DNA from: Candidatus Hydrogenedentota bacterium
Lineage (GTDB): Bacteria; Hydrogenedentota; Hydrogenedentia; Hydrogenedentales; SLHB01
DNA length: 17,627 nucleotides
Direction of reading: 5' to 3'
Assembly: GCA_034408725.1 (NCBI GenBank)
Contig: JAWXCN010000075.1
Coordinates: 1-17,627 of the forward strand
The notes beneath the pieces are model-generated. The model saw only the letters and a program-made list of their open reading frames with translations. It was not told the DNA's origin and did no database searches. How positions within the stretch are numbered: position 1 is the stretch's first letter; the number at the start of each line of letters is the position of its first letter. The position numbers and the translations under genes were made by a program. Below are positions 16,918-17,627 of the stretch, one piece after another.

Positions 16918-17627
16918 ATGACGGACATGCAATCGACACAGAAGTACGACGTGGCTTTGGGCGCGGCTCTACTCCAGTTTGACGCCAACCTGAAACGTCT
17001 GCGTGATGCGCTGTCGGGGGACGCGCTTTTGAGCCGGGCCGTGTTTGATGGCGCGGAAGAATGGAGCAACCTTTTATCCTATAAACTCGTGCCGCACCTT
17101 GCGGGGGACGGTTGCCTGATAGTTGCGGTGGCGGGCGGGACGAACACTGGCAAGTCGACTGTGTTCAATTTGTTGCTGGGGCGTAACGCCAGCCCGATGG
17201 TGGCGACGGCGGCGGCGACCGCGCGGCCGGTGATTGCCGCGAACGCCAGGCGCGCTCGGGAATGCCTGGACGGAAAACTGGTGCCGGAATTTTTGCCAAC
17301 CGCATTGGAGGACGTGCGGGCGGTGGTTGAACGCACGTCTCCGCCGAATACGCTGTTTGTCACAACGCATGACGCCCTGCCTGATCGAATTGTATTGCTC
17401 GATACGCCCGATGTGGATTCTATCGAGCGCGAACATTGGGCGGTTGCCGACGCCATTCGCGCGGCGGGCGACGTGATCGTCGCAGTTTTGACCGGTGAAA
17501 AGTATAAGGATGACCGTGTTGTCGGTTTTTTCCGCCATGCGCTGGCGTCGGGCCGGATTGTCGCGCCTTTGATGAACAAGGCGAACCCCGAGCGGGATTT
17601 TGAAGTCGCGCGAAAGCAGCTTGGCGA
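16918..17627 (+). CDS. Dynamin/YfjP-like P-loop GTPase domain protein, 3'-partial
   Basis: Translated by hand, open from ATG 16918 (alternative ATG 16927) to the edge. G1 VAVAGGTNTGKST (GGTNTGKST at 17134-17160), G2-like AAAT, G3 LLDTPDVDS (DTPD at 17401-17412), KYKD, G4 LMNKAN (NKAN at 17575-17586). Confidence 0.88.
   Translation, partial: MTDMQSTQKYDVALGAALLQFDANLKRLRDALSGDALLSRAVFDGAEEWSNLLSYKLVPHLAGDGCLIVAVAGGTNTGKSTVFNLLLGRNASPMVATAAATARPVIAANARRARECLDGKLVPEFLPTALEDVRAVVERTSPPNTLFVTTHDALPDRIVLLDTPDVDSIEREHWAVADAIRAAGDVIVAVLTGEKYKDDRVVGFFRHALASGRIVAPLMNKANPERDFEVARKQLG

Noticed and set aside
1..17627. CRISPR array, tRNA/rRNA, IS, prophage or defence island
   Set aside because: No regularly spaced direct repeats, cloverleaf, transposase, integrase or nuclease motifs seen. 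The intergenic gaps are short and accounted for.

Overview
Bacterial chromosomal window, moderately GC-rich and mostly housekeeping. I found no CRISPR array, rRNA, tRNA, transposase or phage gene. Gene order: (1) a large secreted protein on the minus strand (2287 to the left edge, missing from the ORF track because it has no stop in the window), with beta-propeller repeats followed by an acidic-motif, glycoside-hydrolase-like domain of unknown function; (2) a complete Na+-translocating NADH:quinone oxidoreductase operon nqrABCDEF with its maturation genes apbE and nqrM; (3) a convergent HpnB/CrtQ-like GT2 glycosyltransferase; (4) a divergent two-gene unit made of an MscS-family channel with a long exported coiled-coil and a DUF2207 membrane protein; (5) an orphan RbsB-like sugar-binding lipoprotein; (6) the 5' part of a dynamin/YfjP-like P-loop GTPase, also missing from the ORF track. 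The most interesting signals are non-coding: a structured ~125-nt leader before nqrA (possible Na+-type riboswitch), back-to-back sigma70 promoters implying a leaderless GT2 mRNA and a CTG start for the channel, a LacI-like operator, and related REP-like hairpins in both convergent intergenic gaps. I cannot demonstrate a wholly new multi-gene system here. The findings are candidates, and all family assignments come from motif recognition by eye, not from searches.
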